Positions 28,578 to 38,637 of a stretch of 64,000 bases of DNA are shown in pieces; the first letter of the stretch is position 1, and the number at the start of each line of letters is the position of its first letter. The translations under genes and the position numbers were made by a program. The notes under the pieces were generated by a model. That model saw nothing but the letters and a program-made list of their open reading frames with translations, was not told where the DNA came from and ran no database searches. Where the stretch lies: positions 32,001-96,000 of the forward strand of contig JAGVFW010000013.1 in NCBI GenBank assembly GCA_020057405.1. The letters run 5' to 3'. Origin of the DNA: an archaeon (GTDB taxonomy: Archaea > Micrarchaeota > Micrarchaeia > Norongarragalinales > UBA97).

Positions 28578-29120
28578 TCAATGCGTTTCAAAGGGATTGT
28601 GCTGGCTTATACCACGCGAGTGGGCAAGAAGAACAGCGTAAGCGACTATCTGCTCGTGCAGACTCTTCAAATAGGGCTCCAAATTTGGCATCGACGTCAC
28701 CTTGCCCGACAGCGTCTCGTATTTGCCAGTGCCGGTTATCTTGTGGGCGCTCATGCCTTTTTCGGGCTTTTCCAAATCTAACACGTCAGTTGATATGGTA
28801 AGGAAATCAGGCTTACCTAGTTTCTCGAAAATCGTGCCGCGGCCTGTGCTTACGCTGTGGCGTATTTCCCAATCCGGACTCATGTGAGCTTTGACTACTG
28901 CCTGATGGCTGGACGCAATGCCTTTAACCTGCTTTGCCAACTCTTCTAGCACGGCATTTGCTTGATCGGAATCGAACCTTACGTTAAGCGCCACATGCGT
29001 AGTAAAATCAGGAGGGCGCTCTTCGTTTGGAAATATTTCGCTGACTATGGCCGAGGACTTCTTGACTGGATTGGCTTCTAGCTTGGGCGCTGGCTTGGAA
29101 CGGCGCCAGGGTGTTACCAT
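28578..29120 (-). CDS. hypothetical protein
   Basis: 180-aa ATG ORF. Confidence 0.6.
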   Translation of the reverse strand: MVTPWRRSKPAPKLEANPVKKSSAIVSEIFPNEERPPDFTTHVALNVRFDSDQANAVLEELAKQVKGIASSHQAVVKAHMSPDWEIRHSVSTGRGTIFEKLGKPDFLTISTDVLDLEKPEKGMSAHKITGTGKYETLSGKVTSMPNLEPYLKSLHEQIVAYAVLLAHSRGISQHNPFETH

Positions 29121-29279
29121 GAGTTATTTTTTCCGACCGGTACTTAAATAAGTTGCGTAAGTTTGAAGCCTGGTCTGGGCTGCCTTTTACCTGCGGTGCT
29201 GGCGCCAGCCCGAGGGGGTTTTATTGGCTCTTACCTCTAAAACCTATTGGCGGGCACTAATTCCGCCAAAGGCAATTGC

Positions 29280-30596
29280 ATGGGACTTGGCGAAGGCATT
29301 CGAAAGGCACTCGCGCGCATTACCGGCGCGACGCTAGTCGACGAGGTGGCGGTAAAGGAACTCGTCAAGGACTTGCAACGCGCGTTAATCTCAAGCGACG
29401 TCAACGTCAAGCTCGTTTTTGACATCACGAAACGCATCGAAGAGCGCGCGATTTCGGAAAAGCCTCCCGCGATGCTCTCACAGCGCGAGCACGTCATCCA
29501 GATAGTCTACGGCGAGCTCGTGAAAATGCTCGGCGAGAAGCACGAGGCTCGCGTGGGCAAGCAAAAAGTGATGATGCTTGGCCTCTTTGGAAGTGGAAAG
29601 ACGACGACAATCTCAAAACTCGCGAAGTTCTTCCAAAAGCACGGCCTTAGCGTGGGCGTGATTGCAGGCGACGTGCACAGGCCGGCTGCCTACGAGCAGC
29701 TCGAGCAGCTCTCGAAGATAGTCAACTGCGGGTTTTACGGGAGAAAGGGCGGCACGGCAGTAGAGATTGCGCGGGAAGGAATGCAGGCGCTTGCGAAAAA
29801 CGACGTCATCATCCTAGACACCGCCGGCAGGAGCGCCTTTGACGAGGAGCTTGCAAAAGAGCTAAAGGAACTCAACGCCGTTTTCGAGCCAGACGAAAAG
29901 TTTCTGGTCGTGAGCGCCGATGTCGGCCAAGTTGCCGGCAAGCAGGCTGACGAGTTCAACAAAAACATCGGCGTCACCGGCGTCATTGTCACGAAAATGG
30001 ATGGCTCGGGCAAGGGCGGCGGCGCGCTCTCAAGCGTGCACAAGAGCGGCGCTAAAGTCGCCTTCATCGGCACTGGCGAAAAGCCAGACGCGCTTGAAGA
30101 GTTTGACGCGACCAAGTTCGTCGCCCAATTGTGCGGATTCCCTGACCTCGCGGCGCTCTTGGAGAAGGCAAAAGAGGCGACTGAAGAGCAGGACCTCTCA
30201 ACGGCAATGGAGAGCGGCAAGCTTGACTACAATAGTTTTATGGCGCAAATGAAGGCAATGCGCAAGATGGGTCCCCTCAAAAGCATTTTGCAGATGATGG
30301 GCGCTTACGACCTGCCCGAAGAGCTCGTCGTGAAAAGCGAAGAGAAGATGAAGAAATTTGAGGCAATCGTGCACAGCATGACACCCGACGAACGGACTAC
30401 GCCGGACTCGATGAAGAACGCCAAGCGCCAGGAACGCGTCGCGCGCGGGGCCGGCGTCAAGCCCGACGAAGTCAAGGAACTCGTCAACAACTTTGAGAAA
30501 TCGCAGAAGATGATGAAAGCAATGCAGGGCAACCGCGGGCTCATGAAGCGCTTCAACAAGATGGGCGGCAACCTCGGCGGCCTGCTTGGAAGGTAA
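29280..30596 (+). CDS. srp54: signal recognition particle protein Srp54
   Basis: GLFGSGKTTT, DVHRPAA, DTAGR, TKMDGSGKGGG, Met-rich M domain. Confidence 0.97.
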   Translation: MGLGEGIRKALARITGATLVDEVAVKELVKDLQRALISSDVNVKLVFDITKRIEERAISEKPPAMLSQREHVIQIVYGELVKMLGEKHEARVGKQKVMMLGLFGSGKTTTISKLAKFFQKHGLSVGVIAGDVHRPAAYEQLEQLSKIVNCGFYGRKGGTAVEIAREGMQALAKNDVIILDTAGRSAFDEELAKELKELNAVFEPDEKFLVVSADVGQVAGKQADEFNKNIGVTGVIVTKMDGSGKGGGALSSVHKSGAKVAFIGTGEKPDALEEFDATKFVAQLCGFPDLAALLEKAKEATEEQDLSTAMESGKLDYNSFMAQMKAMRKMGPLKSILQMMGAYDLPEELVVKSEEKMKKFEAIVHSMTPDERTTPDSMKNAKRQERVARGAGVKPDEVKELVNNFEKSQKMMKAMQGNRGLMKRFNKMGGNLGGLLGR

Positions 30597-30601
30597 TTGA
30601 A

Positions 30602-31675
30602 ATGCTAGAACTCGTTGCAATCGCAGTTGCCCTCATCGGCACTGCAAAGGCTGCGTGGCAGGACTTTAAGACGAGCTTCATCGACGAGAAAATCACTTAC
30701 TCCATGATTGGCGCTGGCTTTTCATTGACGTTAATGAACACGTTGAACGCTCCAATCGAACTTGCCCTCGCTTTTACAGCCATCATCTTAGCGGCAGGCT
30801 ATTTCTTCCTCAAACAGTATCCGAATATTACACCCCAATCCAAACACGGCGGGTTCTTCGTTATTTTTCTCCTCATAGTTCCACATCTCCTAAAACAAAC
30901 TCAGGCATTTGGCCCGAACGTAGACTACGGGCTACTCATCTTATCGTTTAACGGCGCGGCAGTCATCTTCGGCCTCGGCTGGCTCCTCTACAAGACGGGC
31001 AAGCTTGGCGGGGGGGATGTGCTGCTTTACACTGGCCTTCAACTGCTTTTGCCCGTAAAGCCGCACGCACTTGACGGCATCATCCTGCCTTACGTTCTTA
31101 CTCCCGACAAGCTATTCCAATGGCAACTGCTTTCCGACATCGGCCTGCCGTTCTTTCTTAGCATCTTTCTCCTTAGCACGATGCTTGCGCTCTTGGGCAG
31201 CTCGATTGTATACGCTTGGAGGTTGCGCAAGCTCAAGCTAAAACCCGAATTGCTCTCCGCCGGCCTTGGCTTGGTTGCAGTAATCGGGTTTGCGTACGTG
31301 ATGAACGTAATGGGCGCCTCACTCAAGGCAACCGCCTTCTACGCAATATTCCTCTTGCCTTCGGCGCTGCTATTGGCGTTTAGAAAGCAGCTGATGGACG
31401 AAGTCATCGTCCAGAAAGTGACTATAGCGCAAGTGGAGGACGAGGACATTCTCGTGCTCGACAAGATGCCCCAAGCCATTGTAAAGAAATACTCGCTTGG
31501 GCCTGTGCTCACCAAGTCGGAGGTCGAGAAGCTAAAACTCATCGTCAAGAAAGAGAAGATAACGAAATTCCCGGTCGCAAAAGTGCTTCCGCGCCTTGGG
31601 CCCTACGTTTTCCTCGCAGTGTTGCTTGGCGTGCTTGGGCTCGACTTGTTTACAATCATTCTGGCAATCGCGTAA
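30602..31675 (+). CDS. A24 family prepilin/preflagellin peptidase-like membrane protein
   Basis: WQDFKT, LGGGDV, multiple TMs, C-terminal PRLGPY. Confidence 0.75.
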   Translation: MLELVAIAVALIGTAKAAWQDFKTSFIDEKITYSMIGAGFSLTLMNTLNAPIELALAFTAIILAAGYFFLKQYPNITPQSKHGGFFVIFLLIVPHLLKQTQAFGPNVDYGLLILSFNGAAVIFGLGWLLYKTGKLGGGDVLLYTGLQLLLPVKPHALDGIILPYVLTPDKLFQWQLLSDIGLPFFLSIFLLSTMLALLGSSIVYAWRLRKLKLKPELLSAGLGLVAVIGFAYVMNVMGASLKATAFYAIFLLPSALLLAFRKQLMDEVIVQKVTIAQVEDEDILVLDKMPQAIVKKYSLGPVLTKSEVEKLKLIVKKEKITKFPVAKVLPRLGPYVFLAVLLGVLGLDLFTIILAIA

Positions 31676-32717
31676 AGCCCGTGCCGCTAACTTTCACTTC
31701 GCCTTTTTCGCCTTCGTTACCTCTAAGTTCAATTTCGCACTCCGGCAGGAACTGCCTTAGTACCCATGCGTTGGTGATTAAGTGGCGGTCCACGCGGCTG
31801 ACGGTAAAGCTGCTTTCGCCTTTCGCTAGCGCGGCGTAAAGCAATAGCTGGTCAGCCAAGTGCTCCTCAAGCGTTGTGCCGGCCTCAAGAAAAACCTTGA
31901 GCGCATGGACTGCCTCGCCGGCAACCTTGTGCGCCGGCTTGCTCTTCTCGCCGAGGGCAGAAAAGCCGTTGGCCAACCCGTTTGACTCGGCAAGCAAAAA
32001 CAGCTCCGCGCCGATGCCGATTGATGGCGCGTTAAGCAACTCTATCTTCGCGTCGCTTTGGCCCATATCCGCAAGCTCCCTCAAGGCTTTCGCCTTCATG
32101 CGCTCGGCAATCTCAAGCGGCAGGTTCGAGACAATCGAGTGACCGCGGATTTTAGGGTGCGGGTTTGTTGCCTCGGGCGCAATCGGCTTTAGTGACTCGA
32201 CAGGCTTGATTGTAGACTCAAGCACGCCGGCGCCTTGCGGAAACCAGCCCCAGCGCTTGACGTCAACGGAAACGCGGCCGCCAAATTTGGCGAGCGCTGG
32301 AGCGAAGGCCTTTTGCATGAAGAAGCCGCTTGGCGCAAACGGGTTTGACGTTCCGCCGGTGATTTTTACTCGCGAGTCGGCGGAGGCGAAGAGAAGCGGG
32401 GGTAGAATTGTCTGCAGGACTAGCGTCGTGCTCCCCGCACTGCCGATGTCGAAGTCGTAGTCGCCGCCCTTGACTTGCGATGGTGAGAAATGGACTTCCT
32501 GCGAGCCTAGACTTGCGCCTTTGACAGCCGCGTCGCAAATTTCGGCGGCGGCCTTCACTGCAGTCAGGTGCTGAAGCTGCAGGCCGGGGTTGGAGCGCCC
32601 CGCGCGAATGCGCGAAATGCGGACGGGCTTTTGAAGCAGCGCGCTAAGCGACAGGCTCGTACGCAGGATTTGCCCGCCACCCTCAAGGTAGGAACCGTCG
32701 ATTGAAATAAAATCCAC
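31656..32717 (-). CDS. rtcA: RNA 3'-terminal phosphate cyclase
   Basis: IDGSYLEGGGQILR, HLADQL, HLITN. Confidence 0.95.
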   Translation of the reverse strand: MDFISIDGSYLEGGGQILRTSLSLSALLQKPVRISRIRAGRSNPGLQLQHLTAVKAAAEICDAAVKGASLGSQEVHFSPSQVKGGDYDFDIGSAGSTTLVLQTILPPLLFASADSRVKITGGTSNPFAPSGFFMQKAFAPALAKFGGRVSVDVKRWGWFPQGAGVLESTIKPVESLKPIAPEATNPHPKIRGHSIVSNLPLEIAERMKAKALRELADMGQSDAKIELLNAPSIGIGAELFLLAESNGLANGFSALGEKSKPAHKVAGEAVHALKVFLEAGTTLEEHLADQLLLYAALAKGESSFTVSRVDRHLITNAWVLRQFLPECEIELRGNEGEKGEVKVSGTGFTRLPE

Positions 32718-32746
32718 GAAAATAGTTTTGGAGAAGGCCGTTTAAA

Positions 32747-33514
32747 CTAGACGCGCTTTCTGCCTTCTGCCCTAACGGCGCGCACCATGCGCTTGATTTT
32801 TGAGGAAACGTCGCCGACTTCAAAAGCCGTGCCGACCTGGATGCCGCAGGCGCCTGCCTTGATTTGGGCAGCCGCTTGCGCGGGAGTGCGGACGCCGCCT
32901 GCGCTAAAGAGCATTACTTCGTCAGCGCACGCCTTTGCCATCCCCTGAATCAAAGGCAGGGGCGCTGGCGATGGGGCGCCGCTTCCTGAATCTGCAATGA
33001 GTACGTGGCTACCGGAAAAGCGAGCGGAGAGCGCGCAGGCAGCGCCCAGGTCGGGCCTGTCGCGCGGCAAAAGGTTGGCGTTTCCAATCCAGCCAACTGC
33101 GCGGCCGGGTTCGACAACTAGGTAAGTCGTTGCGATTGGCTCGATGCCCAGCTTCGCGACAACGGGTGCGGCCTGGATTTGCGCGGTCGAGAGCCAGTAG
33201 ACGTCGCGCGAGTTGAGCATGTGCATGAAATAGACTGCGTCGGCGTAGGCGGTGAGGCCGGAGATGTTGCCGGGAAAGAGCACGATTGGGATTGGGACTT
33301 CTTCCTTGATGCGTCTGACTGTCTCGTCAACCGCATTGCCCTGGGCGCCGATGCTGCCGCCGATTAAGATGACGTCGGCACCGGCCTCGTAGCTGCTTTT
33401 AGCTATTGCCACGCCCTTTTCCATGAAGCTCTTGTCGGGGTCGATTAATGAGCAGAGCATTGCCCCCTGGGATGACAGTTTTTCCCTATAGTACTTCTCT
33501 ACTTTTCCAACCAT
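32747..33514 (-). CDS. geranylgeranylglyceryl phosphate synthase
   Basis: LIDPDK, IGGS, FPGN, LNSRD.YW, GSGA, GGVR, VGT. Confidence 0.9.
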   Translation of the reverse strand: MVGKVEKYYREKLSSQGAMLCSLIDPDKSFMEKGVAIAKSSYEAGADVILIGGSIGAQGNAVDETVRRIKEEVPIPIVLFPGNISGLTAYADAVYFMHMLNSRDVYWLSTAQIQAAPVVAKLGIEPIATTYLVVEPGRAVGWIGNANLLPRDRPDLGAACALSARFSGSHVLIADSGSGAPSPAPLPLIQGMAKACADEVMLFSAGGVRTPAQAAAQIKAGACGIQVGTAFEVGDVSSKIKRMVRAVRAEGRKRV

Positions 33515-33606
33515 AGCGACCACGCCAAAACGAGTTAGCGCCCGCAAGTATATAAAGTTCCTTTTGCCTTCAACTTGCGGTGGGGCAAAAAAACCGTTTT
33601 TTGTGA

Positions 33607-34959
33607 GTGGATTTGATGGTCGGGACACTGGAAGACGAGGTAATTGAAAAGACCGGCTGGGAAGCCGAGCGGCTCGAAAAAGAAGTTTTCACCCGCCAAG
33701 AGCGCTTTGCGGGACTCTTGACCCGCGAGGCCGCAGTGCAGATTATTGCCGAAGAAAGCGGTGTGAAGCCCGCACCCGAAAAAGAAGTCATCTACGACCA
33801 ACTCTCTCGCGCCAAGACAACGCCAGGCGCTTCAGTCAACGTACGCGCGCGCGTTTTCCACGCCTTTGCGCCAAAACGGTTTTCAAAACCCGACGGCAAG
33901 GGCGGCGAACGGCAGGGAAAAGTCTGCAACGTGATTCTCAAGGACGCAACAGGCGAGGCGACTCTAGTTCTTTGGGGCAACGACGTCGACCTCGTAGAGA
34001 AGGACGGGCTTGAGCGCGGCGACGTTGTCGAAATCAAGGGCGCTTACGTCAAGAGCGTCTCACCACTAGAGCTTCATACTAGCATGCTCACGCGGTTAGA
34101 CATTGCCGAAGGCGATTTTCCCGACCTGCCCCTGCCGACCAAGAAACCCGTGCAGCTAAGCGCCCTTTCGCCGGGAATGCAGGACACGGACTTTTACGGC
34201 CGCGTGATGCGCGTTGGCAAGGCAAACGAGTTCGTCCGCGTGACGAAAAAAGGCACGCAGGAGAAAGGGCTAGTGTGCGACTGCACTCTATCAGACGGCA
34301 AGGCAAGCATGCGCTTTGTCGCCTGGGACGAAAACGCCCGGTGCCTCGAGCGCGCAGAGGCAGGCGATGCAGTCAAAGTCGAAGGCGCCTATGTCAAGAG
34401 CAACGCGAGTGCCGAAGTCGAGGCGCACGCTGGGTGGACCAGCCACGTCGTCCTCTCGCCCAAAGGCCACACATTGGCCTCAACGCAGGAAATGCTCTCG
34501 AGCCTCTATCCAAGAAAACTTTTGTCTGAATTAAACGACGGGGAAACGGCGCTCGTGACCGCCAAAGTCATCGAGCTGCGAAGCGCCGCAGTGATTACCA
34601 AGTGCACCGCCTGCGGGGCGCGCACTGAAAGCGGGAAGTGCGCGACTTGCGGCTCTGAAAAGACGCGGAGCTTCCTGATGGTGCGCTGCCGCCTCGACGA
34701 CGGTTTCGCAAACCTCCCGGCAGTGCTTTTTGGCCGCGAGGCAATGGACTTGCTTGGGCTAAAGCAGCTTGGCATCGACGCGGGCACTGCACTAGAGCTG
34801 AAGAAAGACTACTTGATTGGCAAGGACGCGTCGTTTGTCCTCCAAGCGAAGAAAAACGACGTCTCAGGCGAGCTCGAAGTCGTCGTGCGCCAAGTAGTCA
34901 GCACGAATCCTAACCCGGCTGACGTTGCCGGCGATCTCTCAAAGCGGCTTGAAAACTAA
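33607..34959 (+). CDS. replication protein A-like OB-fold ssDNA-binding protein with Zn finger
   Basis: Repeated OB folds (ILKDATGEATLVLW; LSDGKASMRFVAW); C4 zinc finger CTAC..CATC. Confidence 0.85.
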   Translation: MDLMVGTLEDEVIEKTGWEAERLEKEVFTRQERFAGLLTREAAVQIIAEESGVKPAPEKEVIYDQLSRAKTTPGASVNVRARVFHAFAPKRFSKPDGKGGERQGKVCNVILKDATGEATLVLWGNDVDLVEKDGLERGDVVEIKGAYVKSVSPLELHTSMLTRLDIAEGDFPDLPLPTKKPVQLSALSPGMQDTDFYGRVMRVGKANEFVRVTKKGTQEKGLVCDCTLSDGKASMRFVAWDENARCLERAEAGDAVKVEGAYVKSNASAEVEAHAGWTSHVVLSPKGHTLASTQEMLSSLYPRKLLSELNDGETALVTAKVIELRSAAVITKCTACGARTESGKCATCGSEKTRSFLMVRCRLDDGFANLPAVLFGREAMDLLGLKQLGIDAGTALELKKDYLIGKDASFVLQAKKNDVSGELEVVVRQVVSTNPNPADVAGDLSKRLEN

Positions 34960-35013
34960 GGCCGGCAAGCCACTGGCGAAAGTTTTTCTAAAGCTAACTA
35001 AACTAAGGTATAT

Positions 35014-35220
35014 GTGAAGCACATGACCCGGGTTTCCCTTACATCTGAAGCTTACGCCCGGCTAAAGGCAGTCAAGCAGCAGGGCGAGAGTTTCAGCGAC
35101 GTCGTCATGCAGCACGTTCCGCAGAAAATAGACTTGAAGGACTTTTTGGGCTCCTGCAAGGGAATGGATGCAGACAAGCTCAACGTGAGGATTAAATCCG
35201 AGAGGCGAAGACGATGGTGA
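35014..35220 (+). CDS. VapB-type antitoxin (orphan)
   Basis: VSLTSEAYARLKAVK..GESFSDVV. Confidence 0.75.
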   Translation: MKHMTRVSLTSEAYARLKAVKQQGESFSDVVMQHVPQKIDLKDFLGSCKGMDADKLNVRIKSERRRRW

Positions 35221-35279
35221 AACGGGTCGGCAAACCGGTTCCGAAAACCTAATTAACTTCCGTATAACTAAGTATAACT

Positions 35280-35510
35280 ATGGCTGGAGCGGAAGTGATT
35301 AGGGTGACGGTGAAGCAGTGGGGTAACTCGAAGGGCGTCGTAATTCCCAAAGGGGTTGACGCCGAAGTGGGGGACGAACTAGATTTGCGGATAGAGAAGT
35401 CAGTAAAACCCCTTAGAGTTAGAGACATTTTTGGCATAATCAAGCGCAAGGGCGTGCGGCCTGACGCGATAAAGGTATTGAAAGACCTACGCAGGAGCGA
35501 CTGGAAATGA
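35280..35510 (+). CDS. AbrB/MazE-type antitoxin
   Basis: VKQWGNSKGVVIPK; overlaps the PIN toxin start. Confidence 0.85.
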   Translation: MAGAEVIRVTVKQWGNSKGVVIPKGVDAEVGDELDLRIEKSVKPLRVRDIFGIIKRKGVRPDAIKVLKDLRRSDWK

Positions 35511-35869
35511 ACTACTTCTTCGATTCTTCAGCTATCATTGAGGTCATCGAAGGAAACCCCGGCTACTCTAAATTCGGGGCTTGCCAAGTGGTTACTGCAC
35601 CCATAAACTTCGCCGAAGTCCACTACTACGGTTTGCGTGAAAACCACGAAGGGGAAGTGGCGGCCGCGTTCGCAGGCGGAAACGCTGTTTTTCTTTCCCC
35701 GAACCTTGCCGACTGGAAAAAGGCAGCGGAATTCCGATTCGCCCATAAAAAGAAAGACTTCAGCATCGCCGACTGCGTCGGATACACCTTGGCCAAGAAG
35801 AACGGACTCGTATTTCTGACCCGCGACAAGGCATTTAGCGGAATGCCGGGTACGGAAGTAGTCATCTAA
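35507..35869 (+). CDS. vapC: PIN-domain VapC toxin
   Basis: YFFDSSAII, NFAEV, SIADC, LTRD..F. Confidence 0.9.
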   Translation: MNYFFDSSAIIEVIEGNPGYSKFGACQVVTAPINFAEVHYYGLRENHEGEVAAAFAGGNAVFLSPNLADWKKAAEFRFAHKKKDFSIADCVGYTLAKKNGLVFLTRDKAFSGMPGTEVVI

Positions 35870-36457
35870 CTAGTTTTTGTAGAGCCCGCGGTTGCGCAGG
35901 AAGCCCTTGAGGTTCTCCCGCATCTCGTCAAGCTGGCCTTCGTTGAGAACCACGGCATCAGCGCCGTGGGCGACGTGGCCGATGTTCTGCTCGAACGGCT
36001 TGGCGTCGGGCTTGTTCTCTTTTTCTTCCGAAAGCACGAAATCCTCGAATGAAAGCTCGTCGCCCTTGTCGCGGTGGCGCTTTTTTATGCGTTCGTAGCG
36101 GACTTTGACGCCCGCCTCGACGAAAATCAGCTCGAAATCCTTGCCGAATGCCTCTCGCAGCACGTCGATTTCTCCTTGGGTGCGCAGGGAATCGACTAAG
36201 GCAAGCTTGGTTTCTTTAGGCAGGGCCTTCATTTTCTCGACGACCCTGCGCGCGGGCTCGCCGGGACCGAACTTCTTTCTGATGTCGTTGGCAACTTCCT
36301 GCTTCGTCGGCCTGTCGGTTCCAAGGCCGCGCCGGATGCACTCTTCAGTGATTTCGTCACTGGTGCTGAAAGCGGCAGCGCCGGTAAGCTCTTGAATTAG
36401 CTGGATTGCCGTACCCTTTCCCGCGCCGAAAAACCCGACGAAACCAAGAACCTTCAT
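35870..36457 (-). CDS. P-loop kinase (UPF0200/dephospho-CoA kinase-like)
   Basis: GFFGAGKGT, DSLRT.GE, VRYERI..R. Confidence 0.8.
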   Translation of the reverse strand: MKVLGFVGFFGAGKGTAIQLIQELTGAAAFSTSDEITEECIRRGLGTDRPTKQEVANDIRKKFGPGEPARRVVEKMKALPKETKLALVDSLRTQGEIDVLREAFGKDFELIFVEAGVKVRYERIKKRHRDKGDELSFEDFVLSEEKENKPDAKPFEQNIGHVAHGADAVVLNEGQLDEMRENLKGFLRNRGLYKN

Positions 36458-36507
36458 AAAAGAAATTAGGTCGGCTGCAGGCTAATAAACACTGGCGCGC
36501 CGGCGGC

Positions 36508-37542
36508 TTAATCGACGACTTTAGTCTCTAGCTTCTCGAGGTCGCAGAAGTCGGACGCGAAGTTGTAGGCCCCCGCGTTGATGAAAACAAGCGGTTGCCC
36601 GACTTTGGGCGCCTCTAGGTAAACGCGGTAGCGGAACAAGTCGACCGAGCATGGCGTCACGCCCTTGACGACGTACGGCTCGCCATTGCCTGCAGGCAAT
36701 TCACCCTCGATTAGTAGCTTTACCGGCACGATTACCGCGTCCATGTCGGAATTGTAGACCGAGGCGTTGACGATGACGTTGTTCTCGTGGATGCCGATGA
36801 TGGTCGTGACGAGCTTGCAGGCCGGCGCTGCGATGAAGCGGCCGGGCTCGATGACGAGCTTGATTCCGCGGCCGTTAGTCCACTGGCGGAACTCTTGGAT
36901 TTTCTCAAGGATGCCTGGCAGGATGCCGGGGTTGGTGTTGGCGTAGTCTGAAGGCAGGCCACCGCCGATGTTGATGAGCTGGATTGCCTTTAGCGACTCT
37001 TCGGAGAGCAGGCTTGACACTTCGTAGACTAGGTTCCATTCACTCACGTTCTGCGTTTTTCGGTGGAAGTGCACGCCAAGGGCGGCGATTGACGCGTGCC
37101 CGGTGAGTTCCTTTAGCCGCCTGTTGACAACATCGGCAGTCATGCCGAAAACGAAGAACCTTTCGGTGCGAAGCGTGTGCTCGCGCAGCTTGATGCGCAG
37201 GTAAAGTGTGATTTTCTCGCTCCTTGAGGGCAGGTGCGCCATTAGCACGTCGAGGTCGGACTCGTTGTCGACAACAAAACTGCGGATGCCCATTTGCAGG
37301 AGGCCGTTGATTTGTTCTGGTGTCCAGGCTTGCGCGAGGAACAACACGCGGCTCTTGTCTGCAAGGTGCTTTAGCTCGCCCTCAAAGTGCACGCTGAAGA
37401 GCGAATCCGTGTTTTCCTCGAGGATTGGCGTGACTTGCTGGTTTGTTTTCGAGCTATAGGAGACCGCGTCGCCAAGCTCGCGCACTTTGGCGTACTGCCT
37501 TAGCACGGTCTTTTTCGAGAGCTCAAAGTAAGGTTCTTCCAT
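36508..37542 (-). CDS. group IV PLP-dependent (Orn/DAP/Arg) decarboxylase
   Basis: YSSK, HFH, INIGGGLP, EPGRF, G.TPCS.D, AGAY. Confidence 0.88.
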   Translation of the reverse strand: MEEPYFELSKKTVLRQYAKVRELGDAVSYSSKTNQQVTPILEENTDSLFSVHFEGELKHLADKSRVLFLAQAWTPEQINGLLQMGIRSFVVDNESDLDVLMAHLPSRSEKITLYLRIKLREHTLRTERFFVFGMTADVVNRRLKELTGHASIAALGVHFHRKTQNVSEWNLVYEVSSLLSEESLKAIQLINIGGGLPSDYANTNPGILPGILEKIQEFRQWTNGRGIKLVIEPGRFIAAPACKLVTTIIGIHENNVIVNASVYNSDMDAVIVPVKLLIEGELPAGNGEPYVVKGVTPCSVDLFRYRVYLEAPKVGQPLVFINAGAYNFASDFCDLEKLETKVVD

Positions 37543-37548
37543 CGCAAA

Positions 37549-38493
37549 TCACTTCCTAAGCAGGTTCTCGGCGTCAAGCTCCTCAAACGCGCGAATCATC
37601 ACGAGCGGGAAGGTGATTGTCACGTCGCCGATGACGGTCGCCACGTCGCTCTCGTCCTTGACTTTGCCCCACGACTTGGCTTCATTCGTCGTCGCACCGC
37701 TCATTGAACCTGACGTCTTGTGCGCAGTTGTCATGTAGACGGCGTATTCCGCACCGCCGTTTAGGAGAGTGGCGAGGATGGCGTGGTGCTTTGAAATGCT
37801 GCCGCCGAGGGCGATGACGCCCTTCTTGTCGTCGTGGCTGGTCGCGTAGAGAATGTTTCCGAAGTCCTTGACGACATCAATGACGAAGTCAGGGTGATCC
37901 TGCTGGAAGAGATATAGGTGAAAGCCGAAAGCGCCGTCGGTCACTGCGGGGCAGAAGATTGGCACATTGTTTTTCGCCGCTTGGTAGAGAATAGAGTCCT
38001 CATCGTTTAGCTGCAGGCCGATTTCGCGAAGCATTTCCGAGACTGCCCAGCGCTTTTTCTTGGCGTAGAGGCCGGCGATGACTGGGCGCAGGAGGTTCTC
38101 GAAGTTCATGTAACTCTCGTTCTTCACAAGAATGTTGCCAACGCGGTTGATTCCCTGCTCGTGCAGCTCGACGTCGTCGCGCTCGAAAGTGCCTAACTGG
38201 AAGCGCTCGCCCTTGGCCTTCATTATGTCTTCTTCAATGCCCCCAACGGTGGTGATGACGATGTCCGCCATGCCAAGGCGAATGCATTGTGCAAAGAAGC
38301 CCCTGAGGCCGGAAGTGACCATGTTGGAAGTGAAAGTGAGGAAAATCTTTGCGCCGTCCTTCTTCATTTTCACGATGACGTCTGACGCTTTCTTGAGCTC
38401 GACGCTCTGGTAACCGATTTGCGAGTAGCCGGCGACCAGTTCTCGCACGGTAATGCCTTTTTTCCAAGTAAAGTCCTTAACGTAATCAACCAT
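37549..38493 (-). CDS. deoxyhypusine synthase (or homospermidine-synthesising paralogue)
   Basis: FTSNMVTSGLR, GGIEEDIMK, INRVGN, GSMSGA, EAKSWGK. Confidence 0.92.
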   Translation of the reverse strand: MVDYVKDFTWKKGITVRELVAGYSQIGYQSVELKKASDVIVKMKKDGAKIFLTFTSNMVTSGLRGFFAQCIRLGMADIVITTVGGIEEDIMKAKGERFQLGTFERDDVELHEQGINRVGNILVKNESYMNFENLLRPVIAGLYAKKKRWAVSEMLREIGLQLNDEDSILYQAAKNNVPIFCPAVTDGAFGFHLYLFQQDHPDFVIDVVKDFGNILYATSHDDKKGVIALGGSISKHHAILATLLNGGAEYAVYMTTAHKTSGSMSGATTNEAKSWGKVKDESDVATVIGDVTITFPLVMIRAFEELDAENLLRK

Positions 38494-38637
38494 TGAAATC
38501 ACCTTTATGAATTATGGCGTAAAAGCCAGCGAAGCTGGCGCTAGAAATGAAAAGTAGGAATTACGGACAGTCTTTCTTCTGGTTTAGCATCAAAATCGTT
38601 ATCCCAAAAATAATATGCCCGCCAACGTATTTAAACG

